Assembly: GCF_021869535.1 (NCBI RefSeq)
Contig: NW_026262701.1
Location: forward strand, 34,906,001 to 34,970,000
Direction of reading: 5' to 3'
Origin: Mytilus californianus
Taxonomy: Eukaryota
DNA length: 64,000 nucleotides
The notes under the pieces are model-generated. The model had not been told where the DNA came from. It saw only the letters and a list, made by a program, of their open reading frames with translations, and did not search any database. How positions within the stretch are numbered: position 1 is the stretch's first letter; each line of letters begins with the position of its first letter. Below are positions 48,201-62,999 of this stretch, one piece after another. Both the position numbers and the translations under genes were made by a program.

Positions 48201-49230
48201 TTGTGATGAAAAACGTTGCTGATGTTGATTGCATCAATTCCTTTATTCAAAAACTGAACTGGAAGGAATTACCTCTTTTCATCATTTAAAGGTTCCGATC
48301 TTACTGGTTTAAAAAGACGGAAAAGAGCTTCATCACAAATTATACTGACCCGTCTGTATATTGGAGAAAATGTATTTATGCATCCCTTTTCAAGTGCATA
48401 ATCTCTCAAACATTTTAGAAAATTAACAGGCAGTGAAAAAAAGAATAGTTCTAATGTAATGTAACCCTAGCGGATGGTGAAGGTGTGAAAAAGGTCATCA
48501 AAGCCCCCAGAGGGCGATCTAGATTTGGAAGTATTTTTTACATTGGGCCGATAGTAATGTTTTTGCCCATGACTACGCTGGTGTTTTAAAGTGGTATTAA
48601 ATAAGCTCATTACATTTACATCACTGCAGGCTGGACTTGACAAATGTCCTACTCCTTTGATGTTATCATTGCAACTATTCGGCATTGCAGTACCTAGTTC
48701 CCTTATCCAGAAATTTTCTCTATCTTTTCGGAAAGGAGTACTTAGTATAGGGCTATTGGTGTGGTGATAAATTTTCTCGATGATGCGTACTTTCATAGAT
48801 AAAGGATCATGGTCCGGTTGATTAAAATGGTTATAAAGAACCCTAAATTGCGGATCTTTATTATCAGACGGTGTTGATTCATCCTTTTACGCAAAGTGTG
48901 TCGAGTTTCACCAACATAAAGTAGTCCACACAAAGAACATTCAATTCTGTAAACGACATTGTCCGTGGAACAGTCCAGAGGTTCAAAAGATTTTGTAAAA
49001 TAAGCTTTTCCTGTTAAGTTACTAGTGAAATCTGGAGTCGTGATTAACATTCTACATGTCTTACACGTGCTCCTCTTTCCTTTTAATATATGTTTATAAG
49101 TAGAAAGGATAGTTGATTCACTTGTAGCAGGTGTCTTTAAACAGTCGAAAATATTAACGGTACATGGTTTTAATTTTTGAAAAGTATCTGAATTTTTTAA
49201 AGTAATAATTATCTTCTGGCTGTACATAAG
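45290..49230 (-). mobile_element. Near full-length decayed Naiad-type PLE (N-terminal GIY-YIG, CxC linker, RT, 3' UTR)
   Basis: CKTC...NVVYRIECSLCGLLYVGET...RMNQHR...RENFWIREL at 48650-49100; CDC motif at 48042-48050; LYWIPKLHK, IPMGTNCAPLLADL and FRYIDD downstream; multiple frameshifts. Confidence 0.9.
45818..46482. mobile_element. MITE, 19-bp TIR, 3-bp TSD (PIF/Harbinger-like)
   Basis: TIR GGTAGCAATACACAGTTAG; TSD ATA. Empty site visible in the paralogous PLE near 6870. Confidence 0.88.
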
Positions 49231-51050
49231 TCAAATTAGGGGTATCCCAGAGGATATTCCGTGGAACATACAAATCACAGTGTTCCGTGTAGCAGAAGAA
49301 CAAGAAACCTCCCTACTGTTCCTCCTATGCTCTTCCCACGAGGATCAATTGAAAAAATGTTCCCCAAAAAGTAGCCAGTTTTTTTTAAATATACATTCAA
49401 ATTAAGTACAATTGTTATTTTCTATGCTTGGCAATTTTTCTGAATCATGAATACACATATAAAGGGTTATTTTAATAGAAACACACAATCTCAATTACCT
49501 AAGAATCAGGCCTGGGCAGTGGTGAAAACATGGCACAAAAAAAACGATCAAGTTTACATTAAATTTTAGTTAAAAATGTATAATGGTGCACTAATATAAC
49601 ATTCGTTATACCTTTCCTGTTCTGGTATTTCGAGATATAATTTGGTTGAAGTGCACTAGAATTTACAAATTAAGGGGAGCTAACGCCGTAATTTGCAATC
49701 ATTCTAACCAAAAATTTTCTAGAGATTACTCAAATTACCAGACATGCAGAAAAGAAAGACCTACTATTTCTAACTCAAGATAAGGGTAACTTCAAAATAC
49801 GATGGTTAGGTCAGCTGGTTTTTTTTTGCCATGTTTTGAAATTCTTCTAAAATTGCCTGATTCTTACGAAGACTGGCACTTTCAAATTTCTGATGCGTGA
49901 ACATTCATACAGGCAAACCCTTGCATTTTTACAGAATATCACTCACAAGTGGAAGGCTTTATATAAAACAAAACTGTTCTTAAGTAAGAGGTTTTTATTT
50001 CAGATTGTTTTTTCAACATAGTAAAATACATGTATATCTATCACAGATCGTTATACAATCACAGCTATTTTGGAAATTGTGTTCTTTTAGAAGCACTGAA
50101 AAATATACAAAAACTTATCAAGTAACTAAAGATGTTAGCCATAATTCAATATAGTCTAGAAACGAATATAAAAATGTAAATTCCACACATGATCAAATCA
50201 GTTTATAACATGTAAATGCTGCAAAGCATGCCGATTGGAAGAACTATAATTCTTCTCTGTTACAATGTATACATCCTTTTGTCATGGTATATATATAAGT
50301 CTTTTGTACCTTTTTTGAAATAGCATAACAACAATAAATCAAATAACAAAACATAAAACTCTACAGAATATTAAATATTAATATAAAATAATATAACAGA
50401 ACATATAATGCTTAAGATTGTCAAAAAGTCAGTGGCAAGCAAAAGTTGGATGAACAAGAACCGTGCATGGAAAATGTTACGAAAGTAAAGTTTCTAATTT
50501 TTATAATTATTTTAACTCAGTTGAGATATGCTAAAACATAAATTAATTTGATTAAGACGAAAATGACCGATTTATATGATTTGCTAAATGTTTCCGGCAG
50601 TAAGAGTATTACATTCTTTTACCCTGGTAAAAACACTCCTTCAAAACAATAACAAAACCCATTGTGATTTTCACCATCTGTCTACTGAAACTCACAATTG
50701 ACACAAAAATAAGTAGCATAGCCAATATAAACGAGAAAAACATTGACACACATGCATATAATCAAAATCAATTATAACACAAGTCACATTAGTTAGCAAA
50801 CTCAACATCAGCATTCATTACAAATGTTAATATGACAATAATGCTTTGAAATGCGTGATAATAAAACACACATTACAATTTCAATTATGATAAAAATGTT
50901 AAAAAAATAAAAATATGACGAATGAAATAAAGTTTCATATGGAATGCCAAATTAAACAAAGTAAAGAATAACAAGTTCAATAAAGTGAAAACTACTTACA
51001 CAGGATTTAGGATTAGTAAGAGTAGCTTATTCTTATAACTGAAACTAACA

Positions 51051-54000
51051 CTACTTTACAGTTATTGATGGTGGGGCTGATCCTTCACGTTCCAGCTTTA
51101 ATTTCTTTAATTCCCTTTGTAACAGAAATAATTGAGCCCTACATGGTTTAACAACAGGTTTTGTATAAGTTTGCCTATGAACTGTTCCAAAGTCTATTTC
51201 TCCATCCGTGTTTACAGGCTTGTATTCTGGTCTAAAGTCTTTTGTAGGTTCGTATTTCTTGGGTATGAAAGAGGTCTTCGTTACACTATCATGGTCAAAT
51301 TTAGTTTGAGGTGGAATATAGGGTCTGTTCTCGTGGAAATCTCCATATCTAACACGTGACTGTGGTCCCCAATTCTGGAAGAAGTGTTTAGACATAGTCC
51401 TGTCATCAAACTTGAAATCTTCTCGGCGTTGTATTTGTCCTTCTGGTGGAAAATGTCTCATCAATACCTTTGGAATTTCCTTAGGAACATAATCACGCTG
51501 AAACATAAGTTGAAGATCTTCTAGAGATTGTACACTGACATAAAATTAAGTAAAAATCTATGGAAAAAACAAGATAAAATTTCCGATATATCCTAAGATA
51601 GTTCTAATCTGGAATTATAGCTTGCTTCCTATTCAGTCCTTATAAAACATGTGCTGACAAGTTACTTGATAAAATAACTAATTTAACAAATTACGATTCA
51701 AATGAGAAACAAACTATTTCATTTACAAACACCAGATTTGGTATAGGCACATACAGATAATTGAGTAATCAATATTTATTACCTTGTTGCATGTTTGTGT
51801 TTCAAACTTGACCGTTGGTGGTTCATATTCAGCAAAATCTGTCCTAATAGCTTTAGCCATAGGATTCACCAGTACATCGTGACCTTTAAACACTTCTTTC
51901 TGTTCTGTTGTCAAACTACGTCTAAATAAAGTAAAAAAACATCATCAAAGATACAGTTAACATGGATTTACATAACATTTGTATTGCGCACAATAAGAGT
52001 TGAAATTCTTCAGTAATCTTCTGATCTGTAAAGAATTATCTTCAACAGCAATGACTAAGAATCAGATCAAATTGTGGTGGCTTTGTGACTAATAGAATGT
52101 ATACAAAATAAATTTATAAATATTCTGTACTTAGCTAACATTTTATGATAGGTAACTTCAAACAATCGTGGACTGAGGTAGCCTTATGTTCCACAAGGAA
52201 TGAAGAGGACTAAGTCAATTAAGTAAGCCAACTTCTGGCAACATTCTGGCATATGGTAACATTTTGTACAATTTCTAGTATAAGATGTTGCTACACAGTG
52301 GCGTCAATATAACCAGCAGGCATTGCCAGACAGTGGCGTCGATATCGCCATAATTGTTGCCAGACAATGGCGGCGATATAGTCATAAGATATAGCCAGAG
52401 GGTCCATATTTCAATAGGTATATGCTATCATAATCAAGAATACTATGTTTTAACAATAAATAGGATGAATCAAAGAAACTACTTACTTATTATCAAACCT
52501 TAAGTCAATGGTACATGGAGCAGGCTCAGCAGCTCTAGCTCTCTCAGGATCCAGATATCCAGGGAAGTCTCGCCTGCTCTGTGTTAATGATTCAAACTTT
52601 CCAAGAGCTTTGCCTACTTTCAGTGTTGGTGGGTGTGTTGTTCTCTTGACACGATGGTCGCCTTCATGTTTGGTAAATGTGTCATTGTTTGTGGTATTCA
52701 TAAACATATCACCTAAAAAACAATGATGTTCATGGATTTTTAAATGTATAACACGCACGAGAATTTGATTAATTTTGAAAACAAACATAAAAAAATCATA
52801 TGAAATGTCCTATGTGAGAAAAATAAGAATATGTGGTACGATTACCAGTGACATAGTTATCCATAAAGACCAATGTTCGAAGATGTGAACATTGTATAAG
52901 TATGTAAATTTCATGTCATTTCTAAATAATATTTTTTTAAAGAAAACCAGGATTTTAAACCTGTACAGAGGCGGATTTAGGGGGGCCAGGGGGCCCGGGC
53001 CCCCTCTTTTGTGGGAAAAACTTGATTATATAGGGAATCACTGAAGCATGACTGGAGCGGGCCCCCTCTTAGGCAGTCAGTGGGCCCCCACTTATGAAAA
53101 TTTCTGAATCCGCCACTGCTGTATGCAACGTATACAATTCGCCGTTTCAGAATCTAATGCAGTCTGGGTAATATTTTCAAAAGCGTACACCAAAACGCCG
53201 TAATTGGCTTACAACGTCCCAAACAATTGAAATTTAACCAATGACGTGACGTTGATTTCATTTTGGAGTATGAACAATGAAATTACCCACAGTCCTTTAG
53301 ATTCTTAAAAGGCGAATTGTTAACTATAATAGAACTGTTCCAAAAATGATTTCTATAGAGAATATCAGACATATCATATGGCTTTTTCAATATCTGCTCG
53401 AGGGATTATATTGGTTGAGGGTTGACACGGTGTGTGATATTGAAAAAGTCATATCATATACACTTTATTATATACATATACCTCACGTAGATGTTTTTTA
53501 TGTGACATGACGTCATACAGGTAAGGAGGTTTGAAATGACGTCACACAGATTATAGGTTTGACATGACGTCATACAGATAAGGGGTTTGGTAAAGCCTTT
53601 GTAACAGTGACTGCAATCGATGACGTGACGTCATACAGATTAAAGGTGTGATAAAGCCTTTGCAACCGTGCTGATATCGATATCATCACGGGTGGCTGAT
53701 ACAGCATGCTTGACAATGATTGTATTACACATACAATTTATCTGTATTTACTACTAAGTATATAATAAATGGCTTTATTATAATTAACGTGATTGATTTT
53801 ACATGATACATTATCATATGCAGAGGACGGGAAATAAACTTGGAATCAAAGGTACATTAAGTATGTGTAAGTGTTCAAGTTTGTTGTATACATGTATTTC
53901 TGTACAAAATAAAACTGCCTTTATTGTTCACTAATCAAATAACTTGTAGGTCTAGGAAATGATAGATTTATTAAACTGTTTATTGATCAAATAATGTTTA

Positions 54001-57000
54001 AATCAGTAATTTTAATACTTTTCAGTGATGTCTGACGCATACCTCAATGTTTCCTAAGTTAAAAGTCACAAAGGTCTGCTTTTATGTTTTTAATAATTAT
54101 TCGTATTCAACCTTTGTATTGAAATTTTTAGTATTTTAAACATGTAAATGTCATATTGATTTAAACACAAATACTTTATAATTGTGTTTACCTAGTAAAA
54201 AAAAAAATAATTTGCGCTTCATATAATAGTTAAAGGTATTATTTGCTTAAAATAATGAATAGATCTAAGCTAGTGTTATAGATTCTAATGTCTGTAAAAA
54301 CGTACTATATCATTTTGAAGTTATCCAGTTTTCATATAATACGTCTATTCGTATCCCTATACTTGTATTCAATATAGACGCTCATTGCTAGAGACAATAA
54401 AACATGCGGCAAGATTTAAACGTTTGTTTGCTTTCACTATATATATGTATATGAGATGTCACGGCCAGCTGACAGATTGTTCCGGTGGTCTAGGGTTTGA
54501 TTCCATATATGGCAATATGGTAATTTTGGAAGAAAACTCGTACAAAATAAAAGCCAGATAAATAAAGTATATGTACCTTCCATTTTAATATTAGACTCAG
54601 AAAGTCGAATAGCGTCTGGTCGTTTGACAAACTCTCCTTTAAAGGAATCCTGGGTACATGTTTCTGGTAACTTTTCTTTCATTTCAGGATACAATATTGA
54701 ACCTGTAATAATTATTCAAATGTGAACTATTTCGTCTGAAGCTTGTTACGTTAATATAATCATAGAGTTTTGCTAATTCGCAAGGTAACAGTTCTCAGGA
54801 AAACATGACCTCTCGAACGGACACATTATGACTGGACCAGTTTTTACAATTTCTCCTAAATGTCATATGCGGTGTAAATACTGGAACATATTATTCTTAC
54901 TTTAAAAGTTTGTTTGACACGACCGGAGATCGAATGCATGGCCTTTGACTGCAACGGACAAGAGCACGCTATAACGATTCCGCCGCAGTGGTAATGTCAT
55001 ACGTCATACTTTGGGTCTTTTTTGAATGAGTGTAGCTTGCATCCACCATAATTCAATATAAGTGTGAAAATTCAAAAATTCTATTTGCTTTTCCAAACTA
55101 TAGATGTTAAATTATCGTTAATATATTATTTTTTATATGCGATTTAAGGTTATTTTTTTTCGTGTGATTTACCTGTGAAGCTCGGCATTTCTCCAAATTG
55201 GACTTGTTTGGAAGGAACCCACTTTTTATAGTGTTCCTTGTTTGTTGTTCTGTTTTCAAACTTAGCATCTGACAGGACGTAATTAGGTCTGGGTTCCATT
55301 CGTCTGAACTCTGGTTGCAATTGTTTGGGAATAAATTCCGTGGTATATGAAGTGATACCTTCAATCTTAGCAGACGATGGTTCGAATTTTTCCTCCTGTG
55401 GTGATAAAGAGTTTCAAATTTAAATTTTAAAAGATTTAACCTTGGAAATACAAAGTTGGTTATTTCATTGTGTATGATGATTAATTTAGAACTTCATATA
55501 GCACGATGCACTCGACTGTCATTGGGGTGATATACAGGTTAGAAAGTGCTCTGTACTCAAATTAACAAATCCACAAATAGGTGCAGAAAAAACCAATTGG
55601 TAAAACAGGAAATATTCTTTAAGATAAATCTGAAATCGTTATGGTGGACAGAAAAAATGGAATAATTATTCAAAGAAAGAAGAGCAAGATTTTTATTAGT
55701 TTTAAAGGTTCCGGGTCACCGCTTTTCATAATTGAAAACGGAATTTCATTTTTAACAATGACAAAGTTCTTAAAACAACAATAAAGAATGTTAGTAAAAT
55801 ACATGCATAGTTGAGTACATTTAAAGTTCAAAAGATTAATTTAAGACAGTTTTAAAGGTTCTGAGTAGAGAGATAAATTAAGATAGCATGCATTGTTGTC
55901 TAATTAGTTTAAAAGCAAAGTCAAGAAATTCGTTGAAATCTTGAAAGTTTTTTTTCCACAAAAGCAAAACTCAACTTCCTTTATTTATGTGGTTGAATAT
56001 ATAGTTTATTTAGTATCAGCGGACGTTATATGTTATATGGCCACCGATGAAAGAAATGTTATTTTTGGTAGACTTATATGCAGAGACTATATATTACTTG
56101 TGTATATGAATTCAATACATATTATATATTGACACAATGAACATGTATTTTATTGTGAGTATTTCGACTCATTTATAAAAACGACTCGCAGATAATAAAT
56201 AAGTATAGCATTGTTGGTAGCGTTTTCGAATTTACCATCTTTGGTAATTAGTGGCTGGCCTGGCTTGAGACATTTTAATGGTTTTCAAGTGAGAGTTTAT
56301 TTACATTGTGTATATAAAAGGCGTAGGATTTGACTTTGAACAAATATTTAACTCTCGGTAATCCTTACCAAGTCAAACATTTTTATATATTTAGTCAACA
56401 AAGCCGACATAACTTAAAAAGGCTACCGTTTAACGATGTTTGTTCCTATCAAAGGTTCAAGGACAAACATATATTTATAACTAACAAACAAATTTAAACT
56501 AACAATTAACAAATGGATGTGACGTTACTTACACAAAATATTGTTAGTTGTTTTGCAACTTAAATTTCGACAATAAATTAGATCCGTTTGAAAAAAATCT
56601 TATATCTAACAAGCAGCATAATCAATAACATTTCTTCTTGACTGGTGGTGTTGTAAGAGCACATATTGAAAGATGTGCCACATATATGAAAATAATTTCA
56701 ATTGTTTGAAAATTGTTACAACGTTCATGTTAAGTGAACTTTTTAGAGTAGTATGATGCCTTTGACGCATAGCTGCTTAATGTTGAGGTCATTTTCAAGC
56801 GGCAGGGTTCTCTCATAATAATATTTGTTTTATGTTTAATTTCTATCATTTAACAGTTTCAACAATAACAATGCAACCATGGAGATTTATTCGTAGATTA
56901 TCTTTCCAGACAAAAAAAAATGTCTTTACGAATCATTGTTTTGTTACTTATATATCGCCAAGATTGTTCCAGAAAAAAAACGATAAACATTACCGAAAAC

Positions 57001-60000
57001 TGAAACAAATAATTTGATTTAAGAATTTTAAGATGAATACACAAGTAAACACACACACATAATGAGAATCGATGAAAGACGATGAGAGATGATACTTATA
57101 ACATACTGTATAATTCTTTTCAGCAAAAGCGTAGATAAAGTACAAGTAAGAATTGTTTCTTTTCATAAATATTACAATGAACAAGGATGATCCATTTTAT
57201 CAAACTTTTAGTAAAGGGGACAAAATAGAGCAAGGAAGGCTGTTTGAAGGTCAAATCCAGCTTAAGGGTAAATTGAACAAAATATAGATAAAACTCCAAA
57301 AATAAGAATTGCGATAAAAGTATGTTGAATTAAAAATCAAGGACGTAACAAAACAAACAAACAAAAATATCTCTGTTTCCTCAGAAAGATATATTAAACA
57401 ACTTCATTGCCCTCTTAAAATGATTAATTCAAAGGTTGGTGTTTATTGATAAAGTGAAAAATTAGTAATTGCAAGAAGTTAAAAATGAGCTAGTTATATT
57501 CGTAGTTATATATCAATAAAACTGAAAAATACTGTATTTTTAGTTATCTTGTACATTTGATATTTCAACAAAAAGACACCGGATCATCATTTCTCATTTG
57601 ACAGAAATTATATTATTTTGATAGAATATTTGTTATACTCGTCACCTAGAAATAAAGTTCTAATATAGTTAAGATAAACCAAATCCTAGTTTTATTGCAC
57701 TACATCTTACACTTTTACTGACACGGCGGCCATGTTGAATTTGTCTGCTTGCTGTTGGAAAAATGGCACTCCCATATAAATCCTACAATTGTTATCGTGC
57801 AAAATACTATAGCATGTGAACATAAGTAAATTCTACATATAAATATTAAAAGAATCATTTAATCACTCATGATACAAAGCATCCAAAAACTACGCAACCA
57901 GCTAATCCATCTACTTAGTAAAATCTTGACACAGAGATAAAAAATTATTTCTCGCCTGTCAGCATAAAATTCAGAAAAAGACAATCGGGTGGACAGCAAC
58001 ATTGCCAGTAATTAATTCAAAGTCGCTGGATCATAAACTAGTGGACAGGGCCTCGAAATGGTCAACAAACGGAGATGTACGGACAGTAATGTAACTTTAT
58101 AGAAAAACATAATTGTATATTGTAAGTAGTTCCTATCAAACGAACTAAAGCAGAAAATTTAACATTGAAAATTGTAATTAATTTAAAGTCACTGGACCAT
58201 GACCTAGGGGAAGGGCCTTAAAATAGTCGTCAAACTGATATGTACTGATAGTAATGCAACTTCATACAAAATGTCATTGATCTATTACAAGTAGCTCCTA
58301 TCAAACTAAGCAGAAAACTTAACAACTGTTCATCATCGTCGTCAGCGGAATAGCAATCCCTATGTCCTGCGAGACAAAAATCATCGCAATTTCCACACGT
58401 GCACAGCCTGTTGATTTCAAAAATGAAAATGACGTCTGAGATCAACAAACACCTTTATTATATGTCAAGACAAATGCCAGTGGCCATGGTTATAAACAAG
58501 CAATGAGCTGTACAACAAACATAACGGTAGACAAATTTAATTATAATGGATTGAACAAAAAGTATGTATTGAACCACTTATACATGAAACTATGAATAAT
58601 ATTTCAAAAGACTTTTTCACTTGAAGCAACCGATTGTAAATATATGAGATAGGAGAAATTTTAACAAAAATAAAAAACAAATACGTTATGTAAATGAAAA
58701 ATGAAGCGACAGGATATGGTTATTGTCTTCACTATTGCATCTTATAATAATTATCAATGAAGAAAGTTATGCTACACTTACTTTAATATATCATTCATGT
58801 TTAAGGTTTTTTAATATAGCTATTTAATATATCATTCATGCTTAATGGTTTTAAATATAGCTAAACTTAAAAAGCTTTTAAATCTTTATTAGACATCAAA
58901 GTCGGAAGCAGGTCATACATGTGAAAAAGGTACAATTACATTGTCATACTGATATTTATTCTCGGGTATTAATTTGTGTCACTGTAAATAAAACAATTCA
59001 TTATCTGTTTAAACTTTTCTTTCCAATTCAAAATTAAAACTAACTTTTCAATTTACTATGTTTACGTGAATCAAATTGCCAACCACCAAAACTATCAGGT
59101 GAAAACCACAACACCACAATAACCACTAAATTCCAATATTTTCAATAGAGAAAACTATTCAATACATAAATTCGCCGTTTCAAAATCTAGTGCATTCTGG
59201 GTAAGTGTTTCAAAAGCGTACACCGTGGGCAAAACGCCGTGATGAGTTAAACAATGGATATCAAATTAATGGCGAAACACTATTTTGATGTATGAATAAG
59301 GAAATTAAATTTCCCCCAATCTTCTAGATTCTGAAACGGTGAACTGCCAAAACATTAGCCATGAGCTAAAATAAAGGAAATATGTCAACCTACTGGAATA
59401 ATCGGTTTTGTTCTTTCAATATGACCATGTGATCTGAAATCCGATCTCTGGTTGGTATCTAACATCATAGGCTCTCTGGGAATCCTCGCGAACGGAACTT
59501 CCGTCATCGGTCTCTTGCTGGATCGTGGACGCTGAGTTATTCCTTTGAATGTAGCCATGTAATCGGAATCAGGACATGGTCCAGATTTTCTGGGAAATGG
59601 CGGTCCTCCTTGATTCCGCCTCTTGTGTTTCCTGGATGTGAAAATAACAAAATAATAATCATTTTTAGCCAAACATGTTATTATGATGAAAACATGATCA
59701 ATGCCATTCAAAGATTGATGGTCCCATGTTAAATTGGATTTTTGCTTCATCAAATTTCAATAGGCACCGTATGAAGCGACAGCCGTTTCAACACTTTACA
59801 AATGGATGCTTAAATTTTTAGCCTGGGATCCTGGCTCAGTGCTCGACAGTAGACGTACGCGAAGGGGAGGTTTGACCAGGATGACAAGCTATTAAATCTT
59901 GAGACACCTCAACATTGTAGTTAAATTACGCTCAGTACGATCGCTTTTTTAATCTCATAACACTTTTTGTGATGATGTAAATGGTTTTTACAAAGTATAT

Positions 60001-61548
60001 AATTTCAATAAATAAAGTCCTTCGATGTGTGGAAAGTTTAAAGAATTTCAAAAGTTAATCTATTAGATATTTCCAACTTATGAAATTAACAAGAACGTTC
60101 GAACCGATGCAACACTGAGGACTGCTACTTTTCCAATATTTGTCACACCGTTTTCAAAATCAAACTATATTTTGTAGAAGCTATTGAGAATAATACAAAT
60201 CTTTTATCGTCAGGGTGAAGTCTAAGCTAAGCTAGATGGTTGACTGAACTTCAATTAACTTTTTAACAAAAAATCGAAAAACCTTTGGATTTTTTAATAA
60301 CCTTTCGCTTTTGATAATAAACAACATTAATATGTTATCACCAGGGAGAATTTTGTAGCCGCAGGCTTAGCTAAACGATTTGCCGGTAATTTTAATTAAT
60401 CTTGCGACAAGTTGAGAAGCATTTAGATGTGTTTGCTGTTGTTTGACCCAAGTCGGTCATTCAGTAACACAGAAAGTAATGCTGATTTGTTAAAATTCCT
60501 ATAATTATTGTTTCTTTTTATCATTTGTATTGATAAATAATTTTTAATTTACTATTTCATATGATTATGTTCAATTTGTCTTGGGCGAATATCCAATAAA
60601 AATACGAATGTTATGCCCTGTTGTGATAAAACATAAGCCAAGGATGTTACTAAGTTTTTTGTTATTGGTGGTGGAACTGTTCTACATACATCATGTGATT
60701 GTATGGTTATCCTATAAAGGTTTAAAGATCAAGAGAAGAAGAAGATGACATGGTGCCTCATCTCGATTTCATGAAATAAGAATTTATACAATTTATGTTT
60801 GCACATTTTTACCAGTCAAAAGACGGTGGTGACATTTTATCTACATATAAGCTAAAATAAATAAATTAGGATTTAAAGTTTATACATATATCTATTGAAA
60901 TCTAATCTGCTTCTAGTGGTAGATTACTTATATTATTGTGTTGTATACAATACCTTTGTCAACCCTTAAATCTTCGATTAAATAACCGGTTTTAATGACA
61001 TTATTGGTAATTAAATGGGTATAGTTCAGCTAACTTTAGTGTTGCATTCAAAATAACGGAATTTACATGAAAATAAATGGTAGTATTCACAATTTATTCA
61101 TATATATGTATCGAAGAATTGATCCGTACCTATTTTTTATATTCAGTATGCAATGATTATATTTAAACACATAAATTAAATTCAGAATAATATTTAAAAA
61201 ATATTTCATGTTTTACTTTTATGAATCTCTGTTGGGGAAGTCAGAAAATTATAACAACTTCACAAGGGATCGTGAAAAACAAGTACAAAGCAAAGAAAAG
61301 AAAAGCCTGCATTAACAGAGCTTAAATTTGGAGGTATAATCAGTAGTTTTAGATAAGGGAAAAGGGCATAGCTTGACATTTCTAAATATTGATTAAACAC
61401 TTGACAATTTCACACTTGAAATGCAAACAATAACTCTACAAACACAGCACTTGAAAGATAAAAAACCTTACCCACAATCACATAAGTCACTGATAGAAAC
61501 ATTATCCGGAAACTGTTCCTTCAAAATATCATCCGGATTCAACGCCAT
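51051..61548 (-). CDS. SAXO/FAM154-like stabilizer of axonemal microtubules, 491 aa
   Basis: 7 GT-AG exons with matching phases: 61472-61548, 59394-59631, 55173-55395, 54577-54702, 52487-52712, 51783-51921, 51051-51497 (1476 nt). N-terminal SDLCDCGKH resembles the SAXO CELCxCGRH motif; repeated T-x-x-x-x-(D/E)-(F/Y) microtubule-binding-type motifs. Confidence 0.8.
52966..53118. mobile_element. 153-bp GC-rich MITE with 5-bp TSD
   Basis: TIR CAG(A/T)GGCGGATT; CTGTA duplicated at 52961-52965 and 53119-53123. Confidence 0.8.
53500..53660. repeat. Degenerate ~30-bp minisatellite
   Basis: Repeated TGAC(A)TGACGTCATACAGAT...GGTTTG core. Confidence 0.65.
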
Positions 61549-62729
61549 AACTATCTATCTGTGAAAAGTTTGTCAGCAAATAAATACTACATTTCCGGTC
61601 GCTATGTTGTATTTTTTTCTCTTTAACGTATCAAACAAGCATGTATTAATTAAGGACACAAAGGTATTAATGGAACAAATAGCCTAATCACGTATCCAAT
61701 CCGGAACGACTTATCCCTAGCGACGTTGATAGTTACGGCTGTTCCGTTTACTCCCTCCCACGTTATAGGTTATTCACTTTTTCTTTTAAGATATTACATT
61801 GTTTGCGTAAATCCTGCATTTTGAAGAGAGATATGACTACATCCTGGTTTATTTTTTTGGGGTTTAATAGGGGAACTGATTTAAATTATGTTCTGGGTAT
61901 TTTTTTACTGACAAAATTAAAGGAAATTTACAGAGGAGGTTAATATATGCGCACAGTATAGCTGTAATCCCAAAGTCCTTTAAACTGATACAGCAGCAAA
62001 TGGTCCATTATTTCTAAGGCGCTCTTGTGTTGCCTGTGTGTTTAATAGGCACTGTTTAACGGATTCTTTGTCACAATTTAATTGCAACCAGTTCAGGTTT
62101 CAAACTAAAAACAAATTAGTTATTTCCAGAAACCGTGATGTCTTTAGATATTTTTACTGAGAGAACAGTTGACACCTACTGTTCTCTTCAATAAAGAACA
62201 GTAAATCCTAGTAGCTATGTTAATAGTTTTAATTACTTGTTCATGTCAGTATTTATTTTTGGCACTATTCTTTTTTGCAAATTGTCTATCCTTATCCTAC
62301 GAACTTGAAGCATGTGCAGCAGTTAGTAATCACGAAAGATCTGATGGATAACCGTGGATACCATTAATTATAAGAGAAGAGGAAATCTTCCCATGACATT
62401 TGCGAGTAGTAGTGACTGAAGGATTAACTGATTTGGGAAAAGTAAGAATCCATAAAAAATATATAAAACGTTTTCTTATGATTGAATACATCTACAGAGA
62501 TATACAATGTCAGGCTTAAAATGGGATTTTTTAATTAGGAATATGTTTATGAATGATTAACGCCATTTGAAACCTAGATCTCGTTTTTTTCTCAACTGAT
62601 TTTTTCTATATTAAAGATTATTTGAACTGACACTAGTATTGTAAGAAAGATTCTGGTATGAAATATAGGCTTTAAATTCGGGATCCTTGAGCCGAAGATA
62701 AATAATCCCATGACATGATCTGTTTGACT

Positions 62730-62950
62730 GTATTTTGATATAACTGAATCATCAACTACTGTAACAACTAATTTGATTGGTATGTTTCGAGTTAACCATA
62801 TGCAGGCGAATTCTGATAAGTTTCAGGCAATTGCAGTTTTAAAATAGAATACTGAAATAGCACCATTGTTTTCTATTGGTAGTGCAAACATCCCTTGTGA
62901 CGAAAATGTTAAACTTTTGGGTGAATTAGATATTGATTACATGTTTATAC
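62730..62950 (+). mobile_element. CR1/L2-type LINE RT C-terminal fragment
   Basis: NHMQANSDKFQAIAV...IPCDENVKLLG. Confidence 0.7.
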
Positions 62951-62999
62951 TGATATTGATTACGCGATATTCCAGGGCTTTTCTTCCTATCATATGATT

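Noticed and set aside
46527-49227. Selenocysteine-encoding Naiad
   Set aside because: The Cys codons I checked (CxC linker, GIY-YIG region) are TGT/TGC, not TGA; the disruptions look like decay.
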